Shown one piece after another: positions 26,427 to 40,144 of a stretch of 64,000 nucleotides of DNA. The stretch spans positions 1 to 64,000 of the forward strand of contig JAHLTZ010000061.1 in assembly GCA_025786725.1 (NCBI GenBank), read 5' to 3'. This DNA is from Syncephalis fuscata S228 (taxonomy: Eukaryota > Fungi > Zoopagomycota). The notes beneath the pieces were generated by a model. That model was given only the letters and a program-made list of their open reading frames with translations. It was not told the DNA's origin and did not search any database. The translations under genes were made by a program, and so were the position numbers. How positions within the stretch are numbered: position 1 is the stretch's first letter; each line of letters starts with the position of its first letter.

Positions 26427-26563
26427 ATTTGTGTGGCTGTGATATTTTGTAGAATTTTTCTTTTTTTTCACTCAGCAAGTGGATTTTCATCACTTGCACC
26501 ATTTGACTTTTCTTCATCGATCCGATTACACGCGTCGAACGTCTTCTTTCTTACGTATTCGTC

Positions 26564-28347
26564 ATGGTAAGTATACTTGATTACTAACAAACAATGTCAA
26601 TAGCCACGTCAGCTGCATTGTATTTATTAAATGACTGACACGGGAAAGGCATTAACATAAAGCGGATTGACATATGCTAATACTGGTCTGTATTATTCTT
26701 ATAGGCCGCAACACACATTCTGTATGAGACGGCCTCAGGCTATGCTCTTTTCGAGCGCATACAATCAGAAGAGATTGGTCAAAAGCTCGATGAAGTCCAA
26801 GCTCGCATTCAAGACCTTGGCAAATTTGGCAAAATGGTTGCCTTAAAATCGTTTATGCCATTTAAAAATGCAATGCATGCGTTAGAGAACCAGAACGACG
26901 TTTCGGAAGGTAAATAGCACTGCTTTGCAGGATGAAATATAATTTGGCTAATCTATTTATCTTGTAATCACTATATTTATTGCTGCCAGGTGTATGCAAC
27001 GATTCGTTAAAGGCATTTTTAGAATTAAATCTACCCAAATCATCGAAAAAAGCCAAGGTATGCTTGGGTGTAGATGAGAAGAATTTGGCTGGTGCCATCA
27101 AGCAGGAGCTGTCGATTGAGTGTGCATCAGATGAATTGGTTCACGAATTGGTTCGTGGTGTTCGTTTCCACGCCGAGAAAATGCTTGCACAGCTTAAGGA
27201 AGGCGATTTGGACAAGGCCCAGCTTGGTCTAGGTCATAGCTACTCCCGCGCAAAGGTCAAGTTCAACGTCCACCGCGCCGATAACATGATCATCCAGTCG
27301 ATTGCTTTGATTGATCAGCTAGACAAGGATATTAATACGTTCTCTATGCGTATTCGGTAAGTTATACTATAAGTAATACTAGTTTATAGTCTAATTGGCA
27401 ACTAGTGAATGGTACGGCTGGCACTTCCCTGAGCTTGTCAAGATTGTCAACGACAATGGACAATATGCCCGCTTGGCCAAGCTTATTAAAAACAAGTCTG
27501 AATTGACTGAGGATAATCTACCAGCCATTGAAGAAATTCTAGACCAGGATTCCGGCAAGGCTCAGCAAATTATCGATGCGGCCCGTGCATCCATGGGCAC
27601 AGATATTTCGGATATTGATATGATTAATATTCAAAACTTTGCCGATCGTGTTGTTGCACTTACTGACTACCGCAAACGTCTACACGGCTACCTGCAGTCG
27701 CGTATGAGCCAAGTAGCACCTAACTTGGCTGCACTTATTGGTGAAATGGTTGGCGCACGTCTTATTTCACACGCCGGTTCTCTTACGAATCTAGCCAAGT
27801 ACCCCGCATCGACTGTGCAGATTCTCGGCGCTGAAAAGGCACTTTTCCGTGCATTAAAGACAAAGGGCAATACGCCAAAATACGGTCTAATTTACCACTC
27901 TTCGTTTATTGGCAAGGCCGGTCAAAAGAACAAGGGCCGTGTTTCGCGTTTCTTGGCCAACAAATGCTCAATTGCATCACGTATTGACTGCTTCACTGGT
28001 AAGAGTGTATATTATTATAAATGATCACTAGCTAACCAACCATTGCTTTACTATAAATAGAAACACCAACAACAAAGTTTGGTGATGCTATGAAGAAGCA
28101 AGTCGAGGACCGATTGGCATTCTACGAAACAGGTGCACCACCAAGCAAGAACGCCGACACGATGCAAGCAGTCATTGACGAACTACAGGCTGACCATGAC
28201 GAACCAATGGATGATGTTAGCGAGGAAAAGCCAAAGAAGAAGTCGAAGAAGTCGAAGAAGACTGAAGCTGCGGACGAGGATATGGATGTTGATACCAAGG
28301 AAGATAAACCAAAGAAGAAAAAGAGCAAGAAGAGCAAGAAAGATTAG
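26564..28347 (+). CDS. NOP56: Box C/D snoRNP protein Nop56
   Basis: [69 protein letters not shown]-rich tail; first coding exon is ATG only. Confidence 0.97.
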
Positions 28348-29174
28348 TTTACACTGAAAGTTAACGAGAATATTCCGAGCTGTTTAGTCTTTTATTGCGC
28401 CAATACAATCTTCTACCATTAATTGAATTAATTATCGTGCCAACTTGTGTTTTATTATTAATGTTTTATTAGTATTTGTTGTCTTATTATTATATTTAAG
28501 CTATCGTTTTATCTTTTATAATGCGGTAAAATTGATATATTTCATGATAGACTAGGTACATTTTATCCTATACTTTAGCATACTTCATTTAATCCACTCA
28601 TTCAGTCATGTACATAAGAACTTCAACTCCACCAATTATTCATTTATAATGTATAACCTAACGGATAGTCATGCATTACAGGCACAAACAGGAGCTAGGA
28701 GAAATAAGAGGATATGCGAAGTGTAAGTAGATAGCCTTACAAAGAGTAGAACAGCTACACGAATACGTAGAAAAGGAAATAAAGATGTTAAAATAACGTA
28801 AAAGTAAGAGCAATATAGTCAATTAATACAATCCTATATCATTTTAAGCTTTATTAATGACAGTTTTCTTTTCTAGTTATTCGTATTTTGTAAATTTCAA
28901 TTCGATTTATTACCATACACACATAAATACTGTACTTTTAACATGGATACCTATATACTCTTTTTGGTTATTCATTTAAATTTATAGTATCCTATAGTCT
29001 AACAAATAAAAAAGCAAAAGACTTTTAGAATCCTAGTTTACTGCTACGTCTCCAGTATCAATAAAAAGTAAAAATAAAAAGCAAATTTAAACACACAATC
29101 TTTGTTGTATCATGCCTTCAACAACGATCATAAGATATTATGCTAAATAATCGTAATACATTATCATTTATTAA

Positions 29175-29780
29175 AATAACTATGCATTCCTTCCAAGCCA
29201 CGTACCATGGCATTTGTGGTAAGTGGTTATTAATAACATGAGCTAATAGAAACAATGATAATGCTAACACTAAATGGTAGTCTGTACCAGCACTAAAACG
29301 TCCTAGCTTGGAAAAGAATGAAGCTGGCCGTTTTGTACTAAATGCACAAGACCGTGAATTGACACGGGACAAGATTCGTGCCATTCTTAATATCGGCTTA
29401 AAACATGGTAATATACTATCAAATGCTGCAAACTATGACTACCTACTAATTAAACTAAATCAAACTAGGCCACGATGCAATTGTTCTTAGTGCATTAGGC
29501 TGCGGTGCTTATGGCAATCCACCAGCTGATGTTGCTGCCGCCTTCTACGATGTTATCACACGCGAATACTGTTTACCAGACGAAGACATTCCTGCCTCAA
29601 ATGCAACATGTGAAGCAGCAACCGATCCACGACGCCGTTCAAAGCCATGGCTTGGTTATCAGTATATTTCATTCGCTATATTTGACGATAAGAATGCGTT
29701 TGGCAAACACAATCCAGATGGCAATCTTCTTCCATTTCAAAAACAGTTTAAACAATTCAACACTGAACAATGATCGGTGA
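29175..29780 (+). pseudogene. 5'-truncated, near-identical inverted duplicate of the PARG 3' half, introns retained
   Basis: Matches the reverse complement of 18949-19554 apart from two single-base indels seen; no start codon and no GGG/QEE catalytic loop. Confidence 0.9.
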
Positions 29781-30960
29781 CCAATAGAGTAAAGGACGAA
29801 CAAAGCATTGTTCTTTATTGGACAATTACCATTGCTATTGCATTATCCGTGCATGACAATAGATTCAACGTATTCAATATCGAACAATAGTCATAAGTTT
29901 ATAATAGTTTTTGGTAATAATCAAATCTTTGTACTTCAAACTATATTTTAATTATAAAACACATGATACTTTACAATATAAGCCATCTAAAAAATAGTTA
30001 TTATGAGAATCACTTGTAAAAATTTAACTGAGCGTGGGCCGCAGGCGCCTTGACACTAAAGGAGTTGATAACAAAGTAATTTAAGGGCTTGAAGTATTTT
30101 ATATAAGACTGTTCTAAAAATAGCACCTCCTTTTCCCTGTCCTTAACCATTTTTGTTATACTATTTAGAAATGTACTAATAACAATAATAATAATAATAA
30201 TGATTGTAATAATACACAACACGCGACACACAATAATAAATCCTAAAATGATGAATGGCTTATAATCTTATACTAGCTGTTAATACCGGTTTGAATAGAG
30301 CCAAGCCATTCCACATTGTTACTGCGCTCGTCTTTCAAGGGGGTAGCTATTGTTTTGACTCTCAGACCTTTGACATAACCTACTGCGGGGATTCGTTGGA
30401 ACGGTCACATACAGCGCACACACATATGTCAAAGTCTAAAGCCTTTTTACATATCCAACTATTTGGCAGTCCCTCACCTTACACTTATATTTTGGTACAA
30501 CAATTACTAAGACTATTTTATTGGTACAAATACGCACATGCTGGCAGACTTTCTATCCTGTTAGGCTATATCCATTTGTCAAACTAGCTACTGATACACG
30601 CACATGATTATCCTATTCTGGTTTGGCCTAGGCATGAACTATTTCACCATTCGGCATTGCCTATCTTACTATTTCCACTCAAGGTAGAGACTACGTATAA
30701 TAATAGTCGTGAAACACCAAGTGCCGCCTCATTTGCAAGTTTCTTTCTCTTTTTTTTTGAACAACAAACGTCTGCGACACTCCCAGTAGCACCTCCACCT
30801 TTACTGCGTCTTTGTCTAAAACGCTTAACTTGTCCTAATCATCGCTTTTAGTTGTCGTATTTTTGGTATATTACTTTTCTATACACGTATTGGTGCCCTT
30901 TCTAGCTCAACACTTGGTTTATTTCCCTAATTATTTGATCGTGCGCAACTGTAGTTCACC

Positions 30961-32658
30961 ATGAAGTTGACGTCTACATTGCTATCTGGTCGCGAGAACG
31001 ATCAGTACTATATGCTTGACCCGTCATCACCGACCAATGAGACATTCAGCGGCTATCCCGATATTCTTAATGGACAGGGCGCTTTTGGAGAATCTAGCAA
31101 CGCTACTACTAAACCTATGGATGGTAAAAAACGCTGGACGAACTCCAATAAGCCAAAGGTTCGTGAGCAAGAGCGCGATCGTAAGCGCACAAGCTGGCTA
31201 AGCATTCCTAAGTTTCGAAAGGCTAAAACGAACCGATCGGACATACAGACAGCCGACAACCTTAGTACGCATACAGAGGAATCTGACGATAACCATAATA
31301 GTATTTACACTGGCGGACGGGCTAGCAGTTCGGATGGCCATAATGCAAATTACTTTGGTGTACCCAATTATCTGGCAGATACTTGTATTGAGGCTGGTCC
31401 ATATATTCTTGATTTATCAACCAATTGGCAGGATGTATCGCCAGCCGTAAGCTCTAATGGCTTTGCCCGAGCTGTTCGCACACTAAGCCGTGTCCCTAAT
31501 TCTGCTGGAAGATCAAATACATCATCTACGCCCGTGGCCGCCGATCCATGGGCTGTGTCGGAGCATGAAACAAGCATGGCCAGCGCTGAAAATGAACTAC
31601 AAGCACGAGCAATTTTTATGGCCACTCGTGTTGTACAGACGTTTCCAGCAATCTATGAGCGAGTACGCGACACGAAAAAGACGGGCACGAGGCTTGATTC
31701 ACCAATTGTCGTACCGGCTGAATCGGCTATTGCCCAACTTACTGAGCACATTGCTCTTGGTCTTTACACGGTATGGCCATGTATGCTTGAAGATCCAAAC
31801 AATAGTATGGGACAAGCAGTAAGTCGTAGCATAGCACCCGCCCTACTTGATCATCTACGTCAATCGGTAGAAATGACACTGAGTCGCGGTGGTCTTTCGC
31901 TTAAAGTAGTGGCACAATTACCATTGCCACTGCATCCAATACCATCACCACCTGGTTCGGCCACTTCCGACTTGTTCTGCTGTTCATCATCGACTGCATC
32001 ATCGTCATCACTTCCACATACACCTACAAATCACTCTTTGATGTTAACAACGCCGACATCAGCATCGGCGTCAGCATCACCAGTTATCCGACCCACAACA
32101 ATGTCACCCAAACCGGCAGCACACGAAGCTGAATATGCAGTTCGTGCAGCTCTACAACAAGTATTTGGCGAACATATTTCGTCAGCACGTAAATCACAAT
32201 TGGTAGAACGGGCACGTAGCACACTTGAACGCTGTCTAGCCTCAGAGCGTAGATTATCCGCCATTGAGCGTAATAGTATGTATCGTTTTCAACGACTACA
32301 AAGTGCTATTGCCTGGGAAACCGTGCAGTGGCGATACTTGGTAGAGGAAAGCAAACCAGCATCGTCAGCCTCTTCTGCTCGTAGCCACGCCGAGCTATCA
32401 ACCGGTAACTACTCTTGTACATCTACATCCATCTACGTAAAACCTTTAGCTGGTATGGGCAGAGCCACCGCCACAACTGGTGCACTTATTACGATAGATG
32501 ATTCATTACCGGCCAATGCCTTTCCCACCACACTAACACTGCCATTGTCATTGACTACAGCCGCCTTACCACCCATGACAACAACAACAACAACAGCAGC
32601 AGCAGCAGCATCAAGATCAGCTTCATCATTATTTACAACAACGACAACACTGCATTAA
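30961..32658 (+). CDS. Hypothetical intronless protein, 565 aa, Ser/Thr/Pro-rich with helical segments
   Basis: 1.7-kb uninterrupted ORF with coding-like GC; no family recognised. Confidence 0.75.
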   Translation: MKLTSTLLSGRENDQYYMLDPSSPTNETFSGYPDILNGQGAFGESSNATTKPMDGKKRWTNSNKPKVREQERDRKRTSWLSIPKFRKAKTNRSDIQTADNLSTHTEESDDNHNSIYTGGRASSSDGHNANYFGVPNYLADTCIEAGPYILDLSTNWQDVSPAVSSNGFARAVRTLSRVPNSAGRSNTSSTPVAADPWAVSEHETSMASAENELQARAIFMATRVVQTFPAIYERVRDTKKTGTRLDSPIVVPAESAIAQLTEHIALGLYTVWPCMLEDPNNSMGQAVSRSIAPALLDHLRQSVEMTLSRGGLSLKVVAQLPLPLHPIPSPPGSATSDLFCCSSSTASSSSLPHTPTNHSLMLTTPTSASASASPVIRPTTMSPKPAAHEAEYAVRAALQQVFGEHISSARKSQLVERARSTLERCLASERRLSAIERNSMYRFQRLQSAIAWETVQWRYLVEESKPASSASSARSHAELSTGNYSCTSTSIYVKPLAGMGRATATTGALITIDDSLPANAFPTTLTLPLSLTTAALPPMTTTTTTAAAAASRSASSLFTTTTTLH

Positions 32659-32965
32659 AAGTGTCATGTAATTAAGAACTAGTTTTATTATTTAAATTAG
32701 AAATACGATTATTATTTGCGTTTTTAAACCGTTACTATTGCTATTATTGTTAGCACCACTCATCACCATCATTATATAAAACTAATTAACGCCAATCTTT
32801 ACAGCAATATCTATATTGATTGCGTATATTTCAACTACCATACAGTTATTGTATGAACACACTGCAGCATTAACCTATTCCATTTAGATTTCAACAAATA
32901 AAAAGCATAAAATATAAATTTACAGTTTAAAACGTTCAAAATGTCCATTATTACTATTAATATAT

Positions 32966-33784
32966 TTATTTTAACACAATATTGGCTTTGCGCAATGACA
33001 ATAACTCTTGAACACGATGTGGTGTTAATTCTTGAATTAATTCATAGACTTGAGCTGAATGATAACGTAGATTTGTTTTAGGTTCTGTATATTTAGCCTA
33101 ATATCAAATTAATGCCATTATTATTGAATATATTTAATATATTTAATGTTATTACCTCTAAACCAGTAATATCACAATACTTTTTACGTGGCTTTAATGA
33201 AGGTGGAGCAGTAATACGCTCGTCTATATTAATTCAATATTAATAACCATGTTGATATAATGTATATAGACAATGCGTATTTAATAATAGCAACTTACAA
33301 TTGGGTTCATTAACCGGTCGATCCAATGCACGTTCGGCAGCTACTAATTGTCTTAATGCTTTTGCTTTCCGGGGTCGAAAGCTTGGATTCTTAAATGATC
33401 TATCCTATTCAATAGCCATATAATTAGTATTTAGTATATTTAACTAACATATTTAACATATTTAATATTTACTTGAAATGTTAAATCAAAGAAAGGATGT
33501 TGCTGTTCAAAAAGCGACGATTCATTGCCTGTAGCTCCTTCGCTTTCACTCATCGTAATCTATATATCATTAATATTATTAGTACTAACTAGTCTCTTGT
33601 TCTATACTATAGCAATGGCTATTCATAACCTACATCAGCTGTATCTTCATAATCTTCCGTTTCATCATATGTAACGGTTCTTGTCACAGTAGCACTACGT
33701 CTTGTTGATGACCTTACAAGTGTATATTACAATATATTTACTATTAGTTGGTTATTCTAATAAATACAATACGCTGAATTACAT
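32966..33784 (-). CDS. IES6: INO80 complex subunit Ies6 (INO80C, YL1-C domain)
   Basis: FKNPSF, ITAPPSLKPRKKYCDITGL, YTEPKTNLRYH, LRKANIVLK*; start codon apparently split AT|G by an intron. Confidence 0.9.
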
Positions 33785-34229
33785 GTTATAAGATGCTATA
33801 GTTCAATCTAACAATAACCACTGAGTATTTGCCGTCCACCTTCTATACTTTAACTATATGTTAATAGTAGATCCTACAACTAAAGAAGAAGGGAAAAGAA
33901 AGAAGACAAATAGAGATTGGTAAGGTTACAACACTAATAGAATTGTATTAGTAAATCTAATAAATCTATTAAATTTGTCTATTTCAACTTAATACCGGTT
34001 TCAGCTTATTCAATAGTTCCCAACTCATTATCGTTTATTTGAACAAGCTCTTTCTCTCTTTTCTTCTTTAGTTATAGTATCTACTACTGCTGCTATCATT
34101 GTACTAGAAGACTACTTTCAGATCAGTGTATTCGGTACGGCTTACTTGTAACAATTCCACCTGGTGGCTATTTATTACACTGTTAAGTAATAATTCAAGT
34201 TAAAGGTATTTATTATACAGCCATATACT

Positions 34230-37200
34230 ATGGATGAAGATGATGATCTAGTAGATCTATATAATAAACGCTCAATACTAATATAACAACAACAACTAGC
34301 TGTACCAATGTCGGATGAAGATAAAACAGTTGTCTTGATGGCGCGGGAAGCAATCATGGACGACGAAGATGAGTTTGATCGTGAAGAAGCCGAAGAAGAT
34401 ACAGTAACTAAAAAAAAGCCATCCAAAGAGGCAGAGGAAGACGAAGAGGATGAAGACGAAGATGCTGAATTTGACTCTGAAGATGAAGATGCTCTAGACC
34501 GTGAACTTGAACAAGATCATGATGATTTTATAGTCGATGACGATGAAGAGGAAGAAGAGGCCAATGTAGTACGTCATCGTCGACATCGACGTCATCGACA
34601 CCGTCGTCATAGAGCAGATTCAGGAGATGAAGATGAAGATAACAATGAACATAGTGAAACAGAACAAGATAATAAGAAGCGGCGCAATAATAAGTTAAAG
34701 AAGATCAACGATGACGATGAAGAGGATGAAGAAGTTAATAGTGACAATAGTCAAGATGAAGTCAATAATTCAAGTGATAATGAACATGAACGACGACGAC
34801 ATCGTAAATTAAAGCGTCGTAAAAAGCATTACATTCAAGAAGGTAAATATTATATTATGTTAATTTATTAATTTAATTTATTAATTTAATTTATTAACTC
34901 ATTTTGTAATATTTTCTATTTATAGATGAAGATTTGGATGATGAAGATTTGGAATTGATTAATGAAAATCTTGGATTAAAGACTGAAACATCAGATGTAA
35001 ATATAACAATATATATATATATATATAGTATTAATAACTAATAATATTTATAGAGTCATTTAAGAAGAATTAAAAAAGGTCGACGTGATCGACAAGAAGA
35101 ACGTCCACGACAACGTCAAGTAGATTTAGATACGCTATTTGAAGATCAGAATGGTGGAAATGGAGGCATTGATGAACATGATGAACATGATGAACATGAC
35201 ATGAATAACCGTAATGATCATCATAGACATCGAGGATTTGCCGATGAATTAGATGACTTTATTCAAGATGATACTGATGAAGATAATGATGGCCGTGAAA
35301 ATGATACACGTGCGATGCATCATCGTGATAGAGGTGCCAGTCAATATGAAGATAATGAAGGCGATAATGAGACAGCAGAAGGCAGAGAGGCCAATAGACG
35401 ATCCAGACCACGTACAGGTGGATATGGAGATGCAGTCGATGATATGGCAGATGTATTTGGACATGATTATGAATGGGCTCTTGATGAAGATGACGAAGAA
35501 GGTGGACAAGGATATGATAATGATCTACAGAAAGATGGTTACGATGAAGAGGTAAATAGATATAGATATAAATGTGTTATTATATAATATATAATATATT
35601 AATATATAATATAGGATTATTACGAATCAGGTGGATTATCTTCTCAAAGAGGTCGTCGTCGTCGTCGTACACAATTAAAGGATGTATTCGAACCAAGTGA
35701 ACTTGAAACACGTATGATGACTGAAGAAGATGACGAAATTAGACTACGAGATGTACCCGAACGATTACAGGTCAGTCAGTATAGTATAGTATAGTATACA
35801 TATTAATTATAACATATCTATTTATATCATTAGATGTTGCGCGGTGATGAAGTGGGCCGGCCATTATCTGATGCTGAATTGGCAGCTGAGACGTTGTTTA
35901 TTACAAGCCGTATGAGAGAAAGCTTTCCTCGCGATTTATCAACTAGTGCGGCGAGTGAAATGGTCAAGTCAGCACTTGTATTTATTAATCGTGATAACCT
36001 TGAAGTGTTGTATATTGATCGTTATAAGAGAGACTACTTTGAACAACAGCCTAATGCTTCATCTTCATCTGAAGGTGGATTGAATCAAAGTCATTTATGG
36101 CGCATATTGGATCTTGATACGCAATGGCGTCAATTAAGACGACGACGTGATCAGTTGAAGGCTATGTTGGCCCGTCTTGATACACCTGATCTATACGCAG
36201 AAGATTTGTATCAACGATCAATGGAAACATCAGAAGATGTATTTGATATGCTAGACTATGTACGGGCCAGACATGGTAATGAATTGGCTGAGAAGCGATT
36301 GAGCAATAAAGGCGAAGAGTCTAATAAGGCGAAGCAACAACGGGCAGCCAGTGGCAATGTATGGAAACGGGCCATGAACACACCGATCATGGCTTTAGTA
36401 GCTGAACTGGGCATTCAATCGCGTCAATTTGCCGATAATTATGAAGATGGCGCTAAACGGCATCATGCCGATGATCCAACGGATGATCCAACAACGGTGG
36501 CACAACGCTACGTATGCTCCATGTTTCCACAAGCTGAATTTGCATTAAAAGCGGCCAAAGAAATACTGGCCCGTCAAATTGCCGTCGATCCAACGGTGCG
36601 CCATTCATTACGGCGTCGATTTGAACATGACGCCATAGTTAATGTGCGTCCCACCGAGAAGGGCCGTAATGCGATTGATGAAACACATGCGTGGTATCCA
36701 TTTAAATACTTACGGGCCAAACCATTGCGCCGATTTGAAGATGCGCAGTTCTTGGAAGTGTTACAAGCCGAGCGTAGTGGGCTGTTGACCATTGAATTAT
36801 ACTGCCGGATGCCGAACGGCATATGAATCACTGTATTGAGCTATTTATTAGCGATAACGTTAGTGAAACAGCCGATAAATGGAATACACTTCGACGAGAT
36901 ATTCTAAAACAGGCCTTTGATAAACTACTACTACCGGCCATGGCCAAATGGGCCCGTGATTGGCTACGTGGTAAATCAGAAGAGTATATCACGACTCAAG
37001 TAAACAATGCACTATCTCAGGTAATAACATGTGTATAGTATGTGTATTTACGTTTATTTTAATCAATGTGTTGGTATTTGTATTAGAAATTTGGATGTGC
37101 ACCCAAGTGGATTAAAGATACCCGAGGTCGAGAGGATAGATTGGCCCGTGTATTGGCCGTTAGCTGGGGCCATGGTGATATTAAACGCGATCCTATTCAT

Positions 37201-40045
37201 ATGGCATTTGTTGATGAACGGGGCCGATTACTTGCCTCGGCTAATTATGCCGACTTGCGTCAAGATGAATTCCAACGAGAATTTATGGATCTGTGCTCGG
37301 AACACAAGCCAGATCTAGTGTTGGTGGCTGGCTTTAATGTAAGCACACGCCGATTAAAAGATCAAGTATTTCAACTGGTCAATGATTTCCACCAATCGGG
37401 CCGTATGCCTGAAGCTACTGTGGCATTTGCCGATGACGATACAGCCAGACTATATATGGAGTCACCACGCGCTAAAGAAGAGTTTCCTGACCTATTTCCA
37501 CTAACGCGTTACTGTATTGCCGTAGCTCGTCGTAGTCAACGACCCATTGAAGAATATTGTGCCTTGGAGAGTGGTGACTTGATAGCTCTCCAATGGCATC
37601 CAAAACAGAACCTAGTAAGTAGAAATATTAATATTAATATTAGTAATACAACACTCATCTATCTATCTATCCACTTATTAATCTATTCAATATAGCTACC
37701 AAAGGATAAGCTGAATGATATACTTGAGCGTGGATTGTGCGAAGCAGTTAGTAAAGTGGGTGTCGATTTAATTCGGGCTACGGAAAGTCCAGCTCAAGCT
37801 CGTATGCTTTCGTACGTTTGTGGGCTTGGACCACGAAAGGCCGCTCATTTAATTAAACGCATTGAAGCAACGGTAAGTAGTAATACGCTAGATAACACTA
37901 GTAATTACTAATTAGTGGATAACAGGGCATTACTAAACGATCTGATTTATTATTACAACGTATATTGACCAAAACAATATTTATTAATTGTGCGGCTTAT
38001 TTACGTATTGTACCATCCCGTGATATTCTTGATACCACACGTATTCATCCGTCCCATTACGATCTAGCCCGTAAAATGGCTGCTGATGCACTTGATGTCG
38101 ATGATCCACACGATGAATACGGCCAACCCTCCGAGCATGTCCGCGAAATGATGACTTCACGACAAACATATCGATTGGATGAGCTTATTTTGGAAGATTA
38201 TGCCAAAGAATTGGAACGCGTTACTGGCGAACCACTCTATCGTATTCTAGTCGATATTAGTCAAGAGATTAAACAGCCATTCCGTGAATTACAACGTACC
38301 TGGCATGAGCCACCACTTAACGAAGTATTTGAACGATTAACTGGTGAAACACAGCGATCACTTCATGTGGGCGTTATTGTTATGGCCCGTATAACCAAAG
38401 TGCAACGTGACTACGCCAATGCACAATTAGAAAGTGGACTTGATGGTCTTATCATGCGTAATAATGCAAATGAAACCGAGCCATTATCAACTCAAGACAT
38501 ATTGCGGCCAGGAGAGAACTTGCAAGCAGCGGTTATTAAAGTGGAACAAGAACGATTCCTAGTTGAATTATCATTACGGCAATCAGATATTGATCAAGCA
38601 CGTCATACTATGAAATACGAAGCAGTCGACCCGGCCTTTGACCGACAAGCATGTGAACACGACGAAGCAGCCGCAGCTGAAACACGCGCCCGTACTGCCT
38701 CGGCATCGACACGAAACGACCGCCGCCAACCAAAACGTACAATACAACATCCGCTATTCCGTAATGTGACAGCCGCCGCCGCCGAAGCCTACTTGGATCG
38801 TCGCCATGTCGGCGACTGTATCATCCGTCCCTCCTATTCACGCGGCAGTGACCATATGGTTGTTGTATGGAAAGTACACGATGGCATCTACAAACACATT
38901 GGTAAATAGCAATACATTTAATTAATTGATTAGCTATTTAATCGTACTAATGGATGGTTTAGAAATTGTTGAGCAACAATTAACGGCACCGGGTCGACAG
39001 AAACGTGTATTCAAAGTTGGTGATCATATTTATTCCGATTTAGATGAAATGGTCGTATTACACGTTGAAGCCATGACAGCCAAAGCAGCTGAATTACGTG
39101 AACACCAACGATTCCGTACCGAAGCCGATCTAACTGCACTCCGTAAGTAGTTAAATAGATAAGACATACATACATAATATATATGATGATAATAATTATT
39201 TGTAGATACGTGGATTTTGGCACGATTCCAAGATAATCCTAAACAATTTTTATGGCTTTTGTCCCAATGTTAAACGACCAGGTCGATTCTATTTATCATT
39301 CTGTTATAATGAGAATAGGGCACCTGTAGACTGGGTAAGTATCTATGGTGACATACGACGGTAACTAATCATACTAATTGTAATATAGGAAATTGATATT
39401 ATTCCAGATGGATTCAGACTTAATCGCACTGAATATGTCAGTGTTATGGATCTAATTAATGGATTTAAAGCACAAGTCACCAATGCTATGAAGCGTAACA
39501 AAACCAAACAACCAACCCAATCCGCACAACGATCATCTCGATCCAAGCCACATACGAACCATCCACCATTAATAGCACAGCCATCTATCTCTACTAGTCA
39601 CTATCATAATAGTTCTAGTGGTGGTAGTGCTAATACTAATATGGCACCACCACCACCACCACCCATGGCCGTACCTAGTGGCGGTGGCGGTGGCTTCTAT
39701 GGACATCCAGTGGCTGCCACGACGGCTTATATGACACAGCCCCCACCTCCACCACCACCTCATATGAATTACGGGCCACCAATGCACTTGCCAGGTCATC
39801 CATCATTACCGCCACCACCACCACCACCCGCTTCAATGCATGGATATCATAATATGATGCCACCTCAACATCATCAACACCATAATCATCATAGTCATCA
39901 ACAACATCCACATCGTAATCATCCACCACCATTTATAAATAATCAACATCATGGATCACGTCATCAATATAATCAAATGCCACCAAATCAATCAACATCA
40001 TCAACATCTCATGGATATCCACCATTAGATATGCGTCATCGATAA
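34230..40045 (+). CDS. SPT6: Transcription elongation factor / histone chaperone Spt6
   Basis: Acidic N-terminus, [28 protein letters not shown], YqgF ([10 protein letters not shown]), [28 protein letters not shown]1 and tandem SH2 (IIRPS...VVWKV); frameshift near 36799; start 34230 or 34308. Confidence 0.96.
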
Positions 40046-40144
40046 TCACTTTCATTATTTGTGTTGCTTTTCAATAAATATACAATTATTATAAACCAAC
40101 TATATTAAACTGAAATGTAAATTTATTAATAGAAATAAAATGAA

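Noticed and set aside
26445-26475. RRPE/PAC ribosome-biogenesis motifs upstream of NOP56
   Set aside because: Only loose matches within a T-rich tract; indistinguishable from background.
26910-26989. Intronic box C/D snoRNA in NOP56 intron 2 (AGGATGAA)
   Set aside because: No downstream CTGA box D or terminal stem.
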